Virus record (IMG/VR): IMGVR_UViG_3300043788_000040
Span: 1 to 64,000 of that record
From: a virus
Direction: 5' to 3' (one strand)
Length of the DNA stretch: 64,000 nt
Shown: positions 18,566 to 28,350 of the stretch, in pieces
Layout: each line of letters begins with the position of its first letter
Position numbering within the stretch: position 1 is the stretch's first letter
Program-made: the position numbers and the translations under genes
The notes under the pieces: model-generated
Seen by the model: the letters and a program-made list of their open reading frames with translations, nothing else
Database searches by the model: none
What the model was told of the DNA's origin: nothing

Positions 18566-19662
18566 AGGTACTTCTTGACCTTATCCAACTGGCGTGTGGT
18601 GGCGTCTACTTCAAAGTTGCTGCGTGTCTTGACCGCTGTAGGCTTCGGCTTCTGCCCTTTGGCGAGAGCCGCCTGACGCTCCCTGATTTCCTTCTCCGTG
18701 AGAACGACCGTGCTCTGCTGAAACACCCCCGCCTCAGTAATGCCCCGCTTCTTGCGGGCTTCCTCAACTTCCTTCTGCTTCGCCTCGGCTTCGGCGATCA
18801 TCTGCTTTGACCAAGCCTCCATCACCTTCTCGTGCTTGTCGCCCCCCATCATGCCTTTCAGTTCACGCTGCAAGTCCTCAAGCGAGTCGCCGGGGTGTCC
18901 CCACCCGTCGTTGATGTCCACGTTTGCTTTGGTCTGTATCCTGACCACCTGCTCCCACATATAGTTGGAGCCTGTCTCAAGTTGCCGTGCCACAGTAGTT
19001 AGCTCTTTGGCTATGGGGTCTGCGTGTTTGCCCGCCCACGGGCGCACGATGAACAGGGCGTTGGTGTTGTCCTCCAGCCGCCTTTTTGCTTGTTCACGGT
19101 ATGCGCATAGCGTCGCCCACATGCGGGCGTGATCAGGCGGAGCCATGATCGTGATCTTCTTGCCGTCCGGCATGGTGACGACTTTGTGGTCAAAGGATGT
19201 AAGCTGCTCGCCCTTACCGTACCACAAGACCTCAGACGACTGCGTTGTAACGAAGGCGTTCAGGTACGGGTACAACGACAGGTCATGCTCGCTCATCTGC
19301 TTGACGACATCCACGAGGCTTCTGATCTCGTCCGACTGCATCGCTTCAATCTCTTCACGTGAGAACGAAGTGGCATTCTGCAAGGTCAATGCGATGTAGT
19401 CGTTAGGTTCACGCACCCAGCGTTTGAGCATCTGCTTTTCTTGGAAGTGGATTCCACGCACCCAGCCGACTTGCTTGCCGTCTGCAATCAGGGGTCTGAT
19501 CCGGGCACCAAGGTCAATAAGCTCTTCGCAGTTCTCGGTGATGATGTGCTTTACCTCTTCAACGTCTTTGATCGGGGCAGGCTTAAGCTCACCGTCTTGG
19601 ATACGGCGCATCAAGTCCATTCCGATAGAGGCGTCCCGACCGCGGGTGAACTTAGTTGGCAT
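18562..19662 (-). CDS. Hypothetical (tail assembly-associated) protein
   Basis: Likely start MPTKF at 19662 after GGAGG; the ORF-track extension to 19734 overlaps the upstream gene. Confidence 0.6.
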   Translation of the reverse strand: MPTKFTRGRDASIGMDLMRRIQDGELKPAPIKDVEEVKHIITENCEELIDLGARIRPLIADGKQVGWVRGIHFQEKQMLKRWVREPNDYIALTLQNATSFSREEIEAMQSDEIRSLVDVVKQMSEHDLSLYPYLNAFVTTQSSEVLWYGKGEQLTSFDHKVVTMPDGKKITIMAPPDHARMWATLCAYREQAKRRLEDNTNALFIVRPWAGKHADPIAKELTTVARQLETGSNYMWEQVVRIQTKANVDINDGWGHPGDSLEDLQRELKGMMGGDKHEKVMEAWSKQMIAEAEAKQKEVEEARKKRGITEAGVFQQSTVVLTEKEIRERQAALAKGQKPKPTAVKTRSNFEVDATTRQLDKVKKYL

Positions 19663-20206
19663 TCTTTTTCCTGCCTCCGGGGGGAGGGGTGGCTCCGAAC
19701 TTGTCTTCGTCAGGCGTTGCTCTCGTTGCACCACGCAGCTTGGAGTTTTTTGCCATCTGACGTTCCAGTTCTAGTTGCTCGGTAAGTTCCTGTTTTCCAA
19801 ACTTGCTTTCCAACTCCTGCTCCACTCTGTCCATGATCTTGTCCCGCTGCTCCTCAACCTCCGCTATCCGTGCCACGAACTTACCCGGCTCCGACGCTTT
19901 GTACAAGCCCATGGTTGAGAAACGTCTAGGCATAGGGAAACTGCCCTTGTACAGGATGAAGCAGCGCTGGATGACTGCGTCTGGTAGTGGGCGCAACACC
20001 TTCAAGGCGTCTTGCGGGGACCCCACCTTCAACCCAGAAACCTCCACGAGCGCATGGGATAGAATGGTACGGAGGCGGTTTCCGCCCTTCTCAAAGCGGA
20101 TAGCACCCTCGTCTCGCCACGACATTTGGCGAAAACGGAAGGTGTATTGGAGTATTTTGACTTCAACGATTTCCATGGTCACTGACGGTTCGTGTAGCCC
20201 ATTCAA
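19652..20206 (-). CDS. Hypothetical (tail chaperone-like) protein
   Basis: 184 aa ORF heading the minus-strand tail operon. Confidence 0.55.
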   Translation of the reverse strand: MNGLHEPSVTMEIVEVKILQYTFRFRQMSWRDEGAIRFEKGGNRLRTILSHALVEVSGLKVGSPQDALKVLRPLPDAVIQRCFILYKGSFPMPRRFSTMGLYKASEPGKFVARIAEVEEQRDKIMDRVEQELESKFGKQELTEQLELERQMAKNSKLRGATRATPDEDKFGATPPPGGRKKNAN

Positions 20207-20325
20207 GAGAAAATACCGTCATGGGCGGTATTATCTGTATGTCGCACCGTCTCCGGGTTGCTCCGAGTGACGTTTGAGGATGGGAGCCGGACCTCTAGCC
20301 GTGCTCCCTTCCGATCTAGGGGAAA

Positions 20326-23238
20326 ATGTCTACTTCTGACAACACGCAAGCCAACGAAATTCGCAGCTATCTCTCCAAACTTTTCAAGCCCGGAGAACTG
20401 ATTGAGTACCGTGCCCTGCTTTGGGGCAGCGGTGGTCGTGGTCTTTACTTCACAGACTTAGATCGCTTGGCTGAAGTCGTCGCCAAAATTGACCAAGACC
20501 CTCGTGTTCAATCCAGCTACGTAGTCATCAACCCGTTGAAGGGACGCCTGATACGTGAGCGTGGGTTGATAGTGAACCCGACTGATGAACAGGTGGAACA
20601 GGGTATCTCAGGTCCGGGTGGACAAACAGCCAGCAACGGCGACGTTGATCGCCTCACCAAGATTTTCATTGACTGTGACACTGAGCGTGCTCCGCATCTC
20701 AGAGAGTCTGACCCGAAAGAATACGACCGCCTCCAGAAGGAACCCTCATCCGATGAGGAGAAGGCCAAGACGAAACTGGTTGCGAAGGCTGTGCGGAAGT
20801 ACCTCACAGAACAGGGATGGCCTCAGCCATACGTCTGCGATTCAGGAAACGGCTACCACCTACTGTATCTCATCAATCTCGTAAACAACGCGACCAACTT
20901 CGGTCACCACGCCGACTGCTTGAAGGCGTTGAAAACAAAGTTTGACTGCGATGGCACGAAGATTGACTCAACGGTGTACAACCCTGCCCGTTTGACCCGT
21001 GCCTATGGTTCAACCACACGCAAAGGCTCGGACTCGCCGGAACGCCCGTACCGGAGAAACTACATCTACGAGTCAAATGAGCCTGTGTTGGAAGTTCCGT
21101 TTGATCTAATCCTGCGACTCGCCACAGATTCCCCTGGCTACAACAAACACAGCAATAACGGCGAGATGCCGGAGCTTGATCCCAGCTTTGATAAAGACGC
21201 TTACTTCAAACACTGGGAAGAGCAGGGCGCTTACACCATTGTGGGCGAGAAAGAGTGGCAGGGTAACCCGATCTGGGCCACCGACATTTGCCTCTTCCAA
21301 GGACACCACCACTCCGGCGACGGGTTCAAATCCGGTTTCGTCTTCGGCGACACGCTGGGCTACAAGTGCTTTTCGGACGATTGCGAAGGGTTGACGATCA
21401 AGGATGTCAACCGCATCCTGAAAGAGAAGAAGGACGACCAAGGAAACCCGCTGTACAGACCCTACCCCGGCGTGGTCTACAAGACTGACACGCTTGAGGA
21501 GTTGAGGGAAGTCTTTGAGTGGGAAGACTTGGACGAGCTTGACGCGGAACAAGAAGCCGAAGATGCGGTGCATTCCATTGACGCACCAGAACCTACCGTG
21601 GAACCTGCTGATGAATCAGGAACAAAGAAGCTCGCAATTAGCAGGATCAAAGATTTAGTGGAGTGGATGATAGGTGCCATACTGCGTGATCCAGTGGAGA
21701 CGCTCCCCCAGTTCAGGTTGCGCAAGTCACACATAGAGGCTTCAGCCAAGGAGTACATTGAGATAGAAAAGGCTCGGGTGTGGATGATAGACAGCCCGAT
21801 GCGGGAGACTCTGACGTGTATTCTCGGGTATTTTGAAGACCTCAGTACACTACCAAATAGGGCTGAACTTTTGAACTGGATGGACGAATCCTCCCACGCC
21901 GTGGCGAAGAAGGCTCGCAAGAAGGATCACTTCAGCGAAATTAAGGCTTACGTCGCTGACCTTAAGGACGATCCTACCAAAGAATTCGCCCCCACATCAG
22001 CGGAGCTTGACCGTGCCATTTCTCTTTCCGCAACGAAGCTGACTACCAAGAAAAACTACGACAAGTACCTGAAACCGGGTAGCGAAGAGGATGAACAGGC
22101 ATTTGTCATCGCCCAGCGCAGGCACTCGCAGAGGAAGCTTTACAGCCAAGGCGACATCGTCGGCAAGCCCCTCCAGATGATGACAGAGGCTATCTCGGAA
22201 GAGTTTCGCAAAGATGTGGACGGAGTGAATGACGCAGGCAAGTTTCTGTTCGGGTTCCCGCCCATTGATGAGCACTCACATATCGGACTCCACGGTGAAC
22301 GAACGGTCTTCATCTACGGGCCTGCAAACGTCGGCAAAACAACCCTGCTCATGACTTGGGCTGTGAACGCCGCCATGATGGGTAAGAACATCCTCGTCCT
22401 CATCGGCGAGCACCAAGCTATCCCGATGATGAAGACGCTCACCCTCATGTTGGGTTCCTTCGTCAAGGACGACCCTGAGATCGGCGTACTGCCAGATCGT
22501 GACGCATGGGAAGGCATCAACCGCACGGCGACGATAGAAGATTGGGCACGAATTGATAAGCTGCTCCAAAAGCTCCGTGAACGGTTAATCCTGCCGGGTT
22601 GGATGGGTGTGGAAAACATCAGTGCCATCGCTGGGGACGCAGAGGACAGGCTCGGAGTCTGCGTAGACTACATTCACAGCTTCCACATGAAGTACCCACT
22701 AGATGCGATCTTCATTGATCCCCTTGACCAAGTCATGCCGCTGAGCGCTATGGGGCGTGACGACGCGTGGCAGGAGGGTGTCCAAGTGTTACAGCGCATC
22801 CAATCCCTCAGCCGCAGCTTTGAAGGGCGTGAGGGTAAGGGTCTGATGTTCATCACGTCAGTGCAGTTCAACTCCAAGATGCAGAAGGAGATTGAAAAGA
22901 ACCAAGCGAAGACCGCCATCGGGGACAACATGGACGACGTCATTCTGGGTCTGATGCAGCAGATGAGCCAAGTGCAGTTCTACACCACAATTCCGCAGCA
23001 TGCGGATTGTATGATCGGCATTGTCACCCGCCTCAAGGGAGGCAATGAGGGCTACCTCGTTCACGGTCGCTTCCGCTTCGGTTCCACATTCAAGAGCATG
23101 CCGTTCGTCATGGACCCGGTTGCACACATCATTACACCCAAAGGCCCAGCGACTTACGTCGCACCGAACTCCAGAGCCGCTGCTGCACCTGACGGCAGCG
23201 TGGTGGAACAATCCATGGAGCCTTACGACGTCCTATGA
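20326..23238 (+). CDS. Primase-helicase (AEP primase + DnaB-like SF4 helicase)
   Basis: FIDCD and DSGNGYHLLY AEP motifs, C..H...C...C Zn module, Walker A GPANVGKT, IFID, QFN. Confidence 0.8.
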   Translation: MSTSDNTQANEIRSYLSKLFKPGELIEYRALLWGSGGRGLYFTDLDRLAEVVAKIDQDPRVQSSYVVINPLKGRLIRERGLIVNPTDEQVEQGISGPGGQTASNGDVDRLTKIFIDCDTERAPHLRESDPKEYDRLQKEPSSDEEKAKTKLVAKAVRKYLTEQGWPQPYVCDSGNGYHLLYLINLVNNATNFGHHADCLKALKTKFDCDGTKIDSTVYNPARLTRAYGSTTRKGSDSPERPYRRNYIYESNEPVLEVPFDLILRLATDSPGYNKHSNNGEMPELDPSFDKDAYFKHWEEQGAYTIVGEKEWQGNPIWATDICLFQGHHHSGDGFKSGFVFGDTLGYKCFSDDCEGLTIKDVNRILKEKKDDQGNPLYRPYPGVVYKTDTLEELREVFEWEDLDELDAEQEAEDAVHSIDAPEPTVEPADESGTKKLAISRIKDLVEWMIGAILRDPVETLPQFRLRKSHIEASAKEYIEIEKARVWMIDSPMRETLTCILGYFEDLSTLPNRAELLNWMDESSHAVAKKARKKDHFSEIKAYVADLKDDPTKEFAPTSAELDRAISLSATKLTTKKNYDKYLKPGSEEDEQAFVIAQRRHSQRKLYSQGDIVGKPLQMMTEAISEEFRKDVDGVNDAGKFLFGFPPIDEHSHIGLHGERTVFIYGPANVGKTTLLMTWAVNAAMMGKNILVLIGEHQAIPMMKTLTLMLGSFVKDDPEIGVLPDRDAWEGINRTATIEDWARIDKLLQKLRERLILPGWMGVENISAIAGDAEDRLGVCVDYIHSFHMKYPLDAIFIDPLDQVMPLSAMGRDDAWQEGVQVLQRIQSLSRSFEGREGKGLMFITSVQFNSKMQKEIEKNQAKTAIGDNMDDVILGLMQQMSQVQFYTTIPQHADCMIGIVTRLKGGNEGYLVHGRFRFGSTFKSMPFVMDPVAHIITPKGPATYVAPNSRAAAAPDGSVVEQSMEPYDVL

Positions 23239-23867
23239 ACAAGCCACGTGACAACCAAGCGTTTCTCAGGATGCGTAAGGGCATCTTTGAGCATGTGCGG
23301 AAGGGCTGGATGGATAGTTCCATGTTCCTTGCCTACTCCGTGCTATTGGAGACGTGTGACTGGGCTACAGGGGTGTGGCACGGTTCTGGGGCGAAGCTTC
23401 GTGATCTCACTGGTTCTCAGTGGTCTGAGCGCACCGCCGAGAGAGTGCTTGAGCAACTTGCCGAAGGAAAGTACATAGAGTCCAAGTACCAGCGTGGCAA
23501 GCGGGGCAACTACGACATCCTCATCAACAATTACATCCCAACGTCCGGCGAGGCTAAGGGCAAGAAGCTCCGCCCGGTCACAGCAGGATTTCCCCTAAGT
23601 GACGACAATAGTGGCGACACAGTTGACGTCAGTGCAACAGGTAGTGCCGCCAAAACTGTCGCCATGGCTGTCGGCACTTCAGGTAAAGTGACGACAAAAC
23701 TACCGACAGAACTGCCGACAAAAGTGCCGACACAGGTGGCGAGTATTCAAGAAGTATTACAAGAACCGCTCCCTTCGGTCGCGCAAGAGGTTTCAAGAGA
23801 GAATGAATGTATGAATGAATGGCAGACGCCTCGGCGTGGAGTATTTGAGAAGGAGGAAGCAGAGTGA
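23235..23867 (+). CDS. Putative replication initiator (winged-HTH) with internal repeats
   Basis: SERTAERVLEQLAEGKYI wHTH-like; iteron-like repeats; upstream of the DnaC-like gene. Confidence 0.6.
   Translation: MNKPRDNQAFLRMRKGIFEHVRKGWMDSSMFLAYSVLLETCDWATGVWHGSGAKLRDLTGSQWSERTAERVLEQLAEGKYIESKYQRGKRGNYDILINNYIPTSGEAKGKKLRPVTAGFPLSDDNSGDTVDVSATGSAAKTVAMAVGTSGKVTTKLPTELPTKVPTQVASIQEVLQEPLPSVAQEVSRENECMNEWQTPRRGVFEKEEAE
23598..23746. repeat. Iteron-like 12-bp repeats A(G/C)TG(C/A)CGACA, putative origin
   Basis: Tandem copies at 23687, 23699, 23711, 23723, more at 23598, 23610, 23643, inverted copy at 23669-23678. Confidence 0.6.
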
Positions 23868-24271
23868 TTGGTATGGAAGAGAAGACGCTCAAATCGGATG
23901 AAGAACGCGTAGCAGCTTACCTCTGGACGCTTCTGGGGCAGCCAGCAGAATTTGATGACGCAGAAACGAGGGCTTACTGGATGCGCCAACTGCGTGAGTG
24001 TATGGGGGAGACACAGTATGATCGTGTCCAGTTCAAGCGGTTCCTTGCGTGGGTGCTGGATATGAACCCCAGAAGCGCGGAGTACATGCGCAAAGCAAAC
24101 GACCCAGTCGCCACCCTCAAGAAGAACCTGCCAACGCTGATGAAGTTTTACGGTGCGTACCTCAAGGGGCAGGAAGCGATGGAACGATCTAAGAATTCAT
24201 TCAAGGCTAAGCCGGGTCCGAAGTACAGACAGGACTCAGGTAACAGAGAGATTCTAAAAGGCGACGTATGA
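23864..24271 (+). CDS. Hypothetical protein (replication module)
   Basis: Overlap-coupled between the initiator and the loader. Confidence 0.6.
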   Translation: MIGMEEKTLKSDEERVAAYLWTLLGQPAEFDDAETRAYWMRQLRECMGETQYDRVQFKRFLAWVLDMNPRSAEYMRKANDPVATLKKNLPTLMKFYGAYLKGQEAMERSKNSFKAKPGPKYRQDSGNREILKGDV

Positions 24272-25140
24272 TCTGGAACGAAGAACAGCTACGCGAAGAA
24301 CTCGGGGTGGACGGCTACGCATGGTTTGTAGCCAAGGCGATGCCCCGCCTTGCAGCCTGCCCTTACTGTCAGGGAAGCTGCAAAGTCACGATGCCAAACG
24401 ACATACTGAATGAGACGTGGGCGAAGGAAGGCAAGACTACCAACTTCACGAAGGTTGAAGCGTGCCGCTCGTGCCACGAATACATCGGACGCCTCACGAC
24501 GTTTGTCAGGATTTGGATTCGCACGGTTCCCCCAGCATACCGGGCGTTTACGCTCCGCACACTTGCACCTAAGGATGGGCTGTCTGTCCCTGTTGATCGT
24601 CAGCGGAAAGTCATGGATTTCCTCCGTGCTAACCCGGATCAAGGCTACGCTTTCTTCGGGCCACCGCAGGCGGGCAAAACTGTGATGACTACGGCGCTCT
24701 ATACAGAAGCACTCTGGAATGAAACTGTTCGTGCGCCGCAGTACGACTACAAGGCACAGAAGTTTTTTCCTCTCTGGCGCATCTCCACGAAAAAGCTGCT
24801 GGATGAACACACCGACTGGACTATGCACCGCAACGACAAGGAGTCTGAGTCTGGTCCCATCGTTCTCGGCGTGCCGTATCCGACAGTCACAGTGGAGAAG
24901 ATAGCCTACGTGCGTCAATACGGTCGCACACCTCGCCTCTTCCTTGAAGAACTTGACAAGGTGAAGGAAACAGAGGCACGTCGCTACAACTTGTTTGAAA
25001 TCCTCAACGCGATGCACGACTACCAAGGAGTGCTCGTGGTCAACTCCAACTACACCCTAGAAGAATTTGCGACCCAGTTCGGTGACGACTTTGCGTGGCG
25101 CATCAAGGAAGCCTGCAAGATCGTGAACCTGTTTGAATGA
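24268..25140 (+). CDS. DnaC/IstB-like AAA+ helicase loader
   Basis: CPYC..CRSC Zn motif, GPPQAGKT Walker A, LFLEELDK Walker B, NSN, WRI. Confidence 0.75.
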   Translation: MIWNEEQLREELGVDGYAWFVAKAMPRLAACPYCQGSCKVTMPNDILNETWAKEGKTTNFTKVEACRSCHEYIGRLTTFVRIWIRTVPPAYRAFTLRTLAPKDGLSVPVDRQRKVMDFLRANPDQGYAFFGPPQAGKTVMTTALYTEALWNETVRAPQYDYKAQKFFPLWRISTKKLLDEHTDWTMHRNDKESESGPIVLGVPYPTVTVEKIAYVRQYGRTPRLFLEELDKVKETEARRYNLFEILNAMHDYQGVLVVNSNYTLEEFATQFGDDFAWRIKEACKIVNLFE

Positions 25141-25291
25141 TTTCCCATATACACTGAGAAAAACTTTTTCCTCACTTTTCTCACCGAAAATTTCCACAGA
25201 TCGCTAGTGAAAAATTTCGCCGTTCCCTGTTTCTTAGTTGTCGCCAAAAATAGTATTACACACAGTTCCCACAAAGAGAGAGTCAGAGTTC

Positions 25292-27211
25292 ATGGTAAGC
25301 AAAGCCAGTGATATATCCCCGTACCAACAATTCATCCATAAAAGCAGGTACGCACGCTGGGACTATGAGCGTCAGCGTAGAGAAAATTGGGACGAGACCG
25401 TCCATCGCTACGTAGGCTTTTTCTCTGAGCGCATCCCGAAGGCTGATCGCGAACAAATCTCCAATGAAATTGAGAAAGCGATCCTCAGCATGGATGTCAT
25501 GCCGTCTATGCGTGCGATGATGACGGCTGGTCCCGCGCTTGAGAAAGACAACGCAGCGGGCTACAACTGCTCGTACATTGCCGTTGACGACCCACGAGCG
25601 TTTGACGAGGCGATGTACCTCTCAATGTGCGGCACGGGCGTCGGCTTTTCTGTTGAGCGCCAGTACGTCAATGCGATGCCGACAATCGCCGAGAAATTTT
25701 TTCCGGTAGACACCTGCATCAAGGTGAAAGACTCTAAAGTGGGCTGGGCAAGCGGGTTACGCCAGCTTATCCAACTCCTCTACAGTGGTGACATCCCCAA
25801 ATGGGACTTCAGTGCTATTCGCCCCGCAGGTGCGTTACTGAAAACAATGGGCGGGCGTGCCTCCGGACCGGAACCGCTTGAACGTCTTTTCCGTTTTGCC
25901 ATAGAGCTTTTCAAGAAAGCTGCTGGTCGCAAGCTCAACTCCATTGAGTGTCACGACTTGATGTGCATGATCGGCGATGTAGTGGTGGTCGGCGGTGTTC
26001 GTCGCTCTGCCATGCTTTCCCTCTCCAACCTGTCCGACGACCGCATGAGGAACGCTAAGAACGGTCAGTGGTGGGACGAGAAGGCACCAGGCGGCGCTCC
26101 ATGGCGCAGGCTGGCGAACAACTCCGTCGCCTACACCGAGAAGCCTGACCCGGAAATCTTCATCAAGGAATTCCTGACGCTGATTGAATCCAAGTCCGGC
26201 GAGCGTGGCATCTTCAACCGTGTCGCGGCCGTTAACTCTGCAAAGAAGACCGGACGCCGCAAATGGGAAGGCATCGAGTTCGGCACCAACCCCTGTGGCG
26301 AGATCAACCTGCGTCCGAAAGGCTTCTGCAACCTCTCAGAGGTCGTCATCCGCCCGCATGACACCAAGGCTACAATCAAGCGCAAGATTCGCATAGCGAC
26401 CATCGTAGGCTGCCTGCAAGCCACACTGACAGACTTCCGCTACCTCCGCAAGGAATGGCAGAAGAACGCCGAGGAAGAGTGCTTGCTGGGCGTGTCCCTC
26501 ACGGGGATCATGGACAACCCGCTGACGTACACGAACGGGTCAGAACTCGCTGCTATGCTTGACGAGTTCCGTGAGTACACAATCGCCGTCGCCAAGGAAT
26601 GGTCGGACAAGCTGGGCATCAACATGCCAGCGGCGATCACCTGCGTCAAGCCGTCCGGCACCGTGTCCCAACTCGTGAACTGCTCGCCAGGCATCCACAC
26701 GCGATTCGCGCACTGGATCATGCGTGGCACGCAGGAAGACCGCAAGTCCCCGGTCAACACTTTCCTGAGGTCGCTTGGGTGGCCTTCAGAACCAGAGATC
26801 AACAAGCCGAATGACTCCGACGTGTTTTACTTTGCGCTTGAGTCGCCCACGGCTAGCCAGACACGCAACGACCTGACCGCGCTGGAACAGCTTGAGATTT
26901 ACAAGACCTACAAACTGCATTGGACAGAACACAACCCCTCCTGCACGATCTACGTGAAGGAGTCGGAGTGGACGTGCGTTCTTGACTGGTGCTTCAGGAA
27001 TTTTGACCTCATCGGCGGTGTCAGCTTCTTGCCTTTTGACAATGGCATTTACCGCCAAGCCCCGTACACAGAAATCTCCGAAAAGGAGTATTTATCCTTG
27101 AAGGGGAAGCAGCCCGTAATAGACTGGTCACGCCTTCCAGATTTTGAGAAGGAAGACATGACCACCGGAGCCAAGGAACTTGCGTGCTCTGCCGGGTCCT
27201 GCGAACTGTAA
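25292..27211 (+). CDS. nrdJ: Class II (B12-dependent) ribonucleotide reductase
   Basis: PSMR, YNCSY, GTGVGFS, TNPCGEI, CNLSE, KPSGTVSQL, C-terminal CSAGSCEL. Confidence 0.9.
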   Translation: MVSKASDISPYQQFIHKSRYARWDYERQRRENWDETVHRYVGFFSERIPKADREQISNEIEKAILSMDVMPSMRAMMTAGPALEKDNAAGYNCSYIAVDDPRAFDEAMYLSMCGTGVGFSVERQYVNAMPTIAEKFFPVDTCIKVKDSKVGWASGLRQLIQLLYSGDIPKWDFSAIRPAGALLKTMGGRASGPEPLERLFRFAIELFKKAAGRKLNSIECHDLMCMIGDVVVVGGVRRSAMLSLSNLSDDRMRNAKNGQWWDEKAPGGAPWRRLANNSVAYTEKPDPEIFIKEFLTLIESKSGERGIFNRVAAVNSAKKTGRRKWEGIEFGTNPCGEINLRPKGFCNLSEVVIRPHDTKATIKRKIRIATIVGCLQATLTDFRYLRKEWQKNAEEECLLGVSLTGIMDNPLTYTNGSELAAMLDEFREYTIAVAKEWSDKLGINMPAAITCVKPSGTVSQLVNCSPGIHTRFAHWIMRGTQEDRKSPVNTFLRSLGWPSEPEINKPNDSDVFYFALESPTASQTRNDLTALEQLEIYKTYKLHWTEHNPSCTIYVKESEWTCVLDWCFRNFDLIGGVSFLPFDNGIYRQAPYTEISEKEYLSLKGKQPVIDWSRLPDFEKEDMTTGAKELACSAGSCEL

Positions 27212-27212
27212 A

Positions 27213-27407
27213 ATGGGCGATAGCGAGTTTGGCAAGGTTCTGATAGAAGACATTCACGGCGGCTACGTGGTTTCCAGCGAAGGAAGCCCCCGCCGAGAAG
27301 ACGGAACGATAGTCTTCATCTCCTCAGCCTTCAACCCCCTCACCAGTAAACAGCTTCGCGATCTCGCGGACCGAATGGACAAACATGGAAATCAAGCTAA
27401 AGTTTAA
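27213..27407 (+). CDS. Hypothetical protein
   Basis: ATG directly after the nrdJ stop. Confidence 0.5.
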   Translation: MGDSEFGKVLIEDIHGGYVVSSEGSPRREDGTIVFISSAFNPLTSKQLRDLADRMDKHGNQAKV

Positions 27408-27663
27408 GATCACATTTGTTTCCGGTGAAGTGACCGAGCAGGACATCTCCCTCCCGGCTGATCCCAACAAGCCGTTCGACCTTCAAGCGAAGCTGCTCAT
27501 GCAGCAGATGCTCGCCCAGTACACGCAGGTCGGTATGCTGCGCCAGCCGGAACAGGGCACCTTCGTGCTCCTATGCCCCAGCCAGATCGCCATGGTTGAG
27601 TGCTCACTACCTTCCATCATCCTTGCGAACGCGACTGAAGTCCCGAAGGTCTCTCTGGACTAA
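27385..27663 (+). CDS. Hypothetical protein
   Basis: 92 aa ORF in operon. Confidence 0.6.
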   Translation: MEIKLKFKITFVSGEVTEQDISLPADPNKPFDLQAKLLMQQMLAQYTQVGMLRQPEQGTFVLLCPSQIAMVECSLPSIILANATEVPKVSLD

Positions 27664-27684
27664 CTGACTTCCGTTTTCGCTAGT

Positions 27685-28014
27685 ATGCCCGAGCGATTCA
27701 ATTGGAACCGTGAGGTCGTGGAAGAGTACAAGCTGACCTGTAAGGATTTCCAACACTACGGCGTCAACTGCTGCCCTACTTGCCACGAATTTGATCTTGC
27801 TGAATACGAACTTAGGGTCGTGCAGGTAGACGGCGTCAACGCCCTTCTTTGCTGCGCGATGGTCGCATACTTTTACCCGAGAGACCCAGGCAAGGGGATG
27901 TCCCCGGAAGAAAAGCTCCTGCTTGCAATCTTCGGCGAGAAGTCAGTGCATCCGGCTGCCGAGCAGTACATTGATCCGATCATCAACGACCCGGACTACG
28001 ACCCAGATTTCTGA
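27685..28014 (+). CDS. Hypothetical Cys-rich protein
   Basis: C...CCPTCH...CC. Confidence 0.6.
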   Translation: MPERFNWNREVVEEYKLTCKDFQHYGVNCCPTCHEFDLAEYELRVVQVDGVNALLCCAMVAYFYPRDPGKGMSPEEKLLLAIFGEKSVHPAAEQYIDPIINDPDYDPDF

Positions 28015-28045
28015 TCTAGCGGTTTCTTTTTCAGTGGGAGGACCC

Positions 28046-28294
28046 ATGAGAGACAAGAAGCTGATGACTCCGCACGAAGCAGAGATTGACAGGCTCCTCC
28101 AGATCATGGCTGTCCTGATTGACAAACTGGGTGGTGAGGTGTTTGTCAGTCGCCGAGAATTGGAACTCTTTTTTGACGTTCCTGTGGTAAGCCGAGTGAT
28201 CTCACCAGATTACATCCTGTTCCGTGTCAACTACCCGGACGAGGACGGCATTGAAATAGACATCCCCGACGACAAAGAGACCCCGCAAACTTAA
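28046..28294 (+). CDS. Hypothetical protein
   Basis: GGAGG RBS before ATG 28046. Confidence 0.6.
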   Translation: MRDKKLMTPHEAEIDRLLQIMAVLIDKLGGEVFVSRRELELFFDVPVVSRVISPDYILFRVNYPDEDGIEIDIPDDKETPQT

Positions 28295-28314
28295 CAAAAC
28301 AAAGGTTTTATTTC

Positions 28315-28344
28315 TGGACAAAACCTGCCATCCTGCTGTATACT
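28315..28344 (+). promoter_or_regulatory. Early-type promoter TGGACA-N18-TATACT, leaderless start at 28351
   Basis: Repeated promoter family; ATG 6 nt after the -10 element, no RBS. Confidence 0.6.
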
Positions 28345-28350
28345 TCCAGT

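Noticed and set aside
19652-19680. Programmed -1 frameshift between putative tail chaperones (G AAA AAG on the minus strand)
   Set aside because: The downstream ORF is in the +1 frame and has its own GGAGG RBS and ATG at 19662; ordinary coupling explains the overlap.
23598-23746. CRISPR array
   Set aside because: The 12-bp degenerate tandem units lack spacers, and no cas genes are seen.
25292-27211. Intein or intron in nrdJ (also checked recA and the helicases)
   Set aside because: Lengths and motif spacing are normal, with no intein junction or LAGLIDADG motifs seen.
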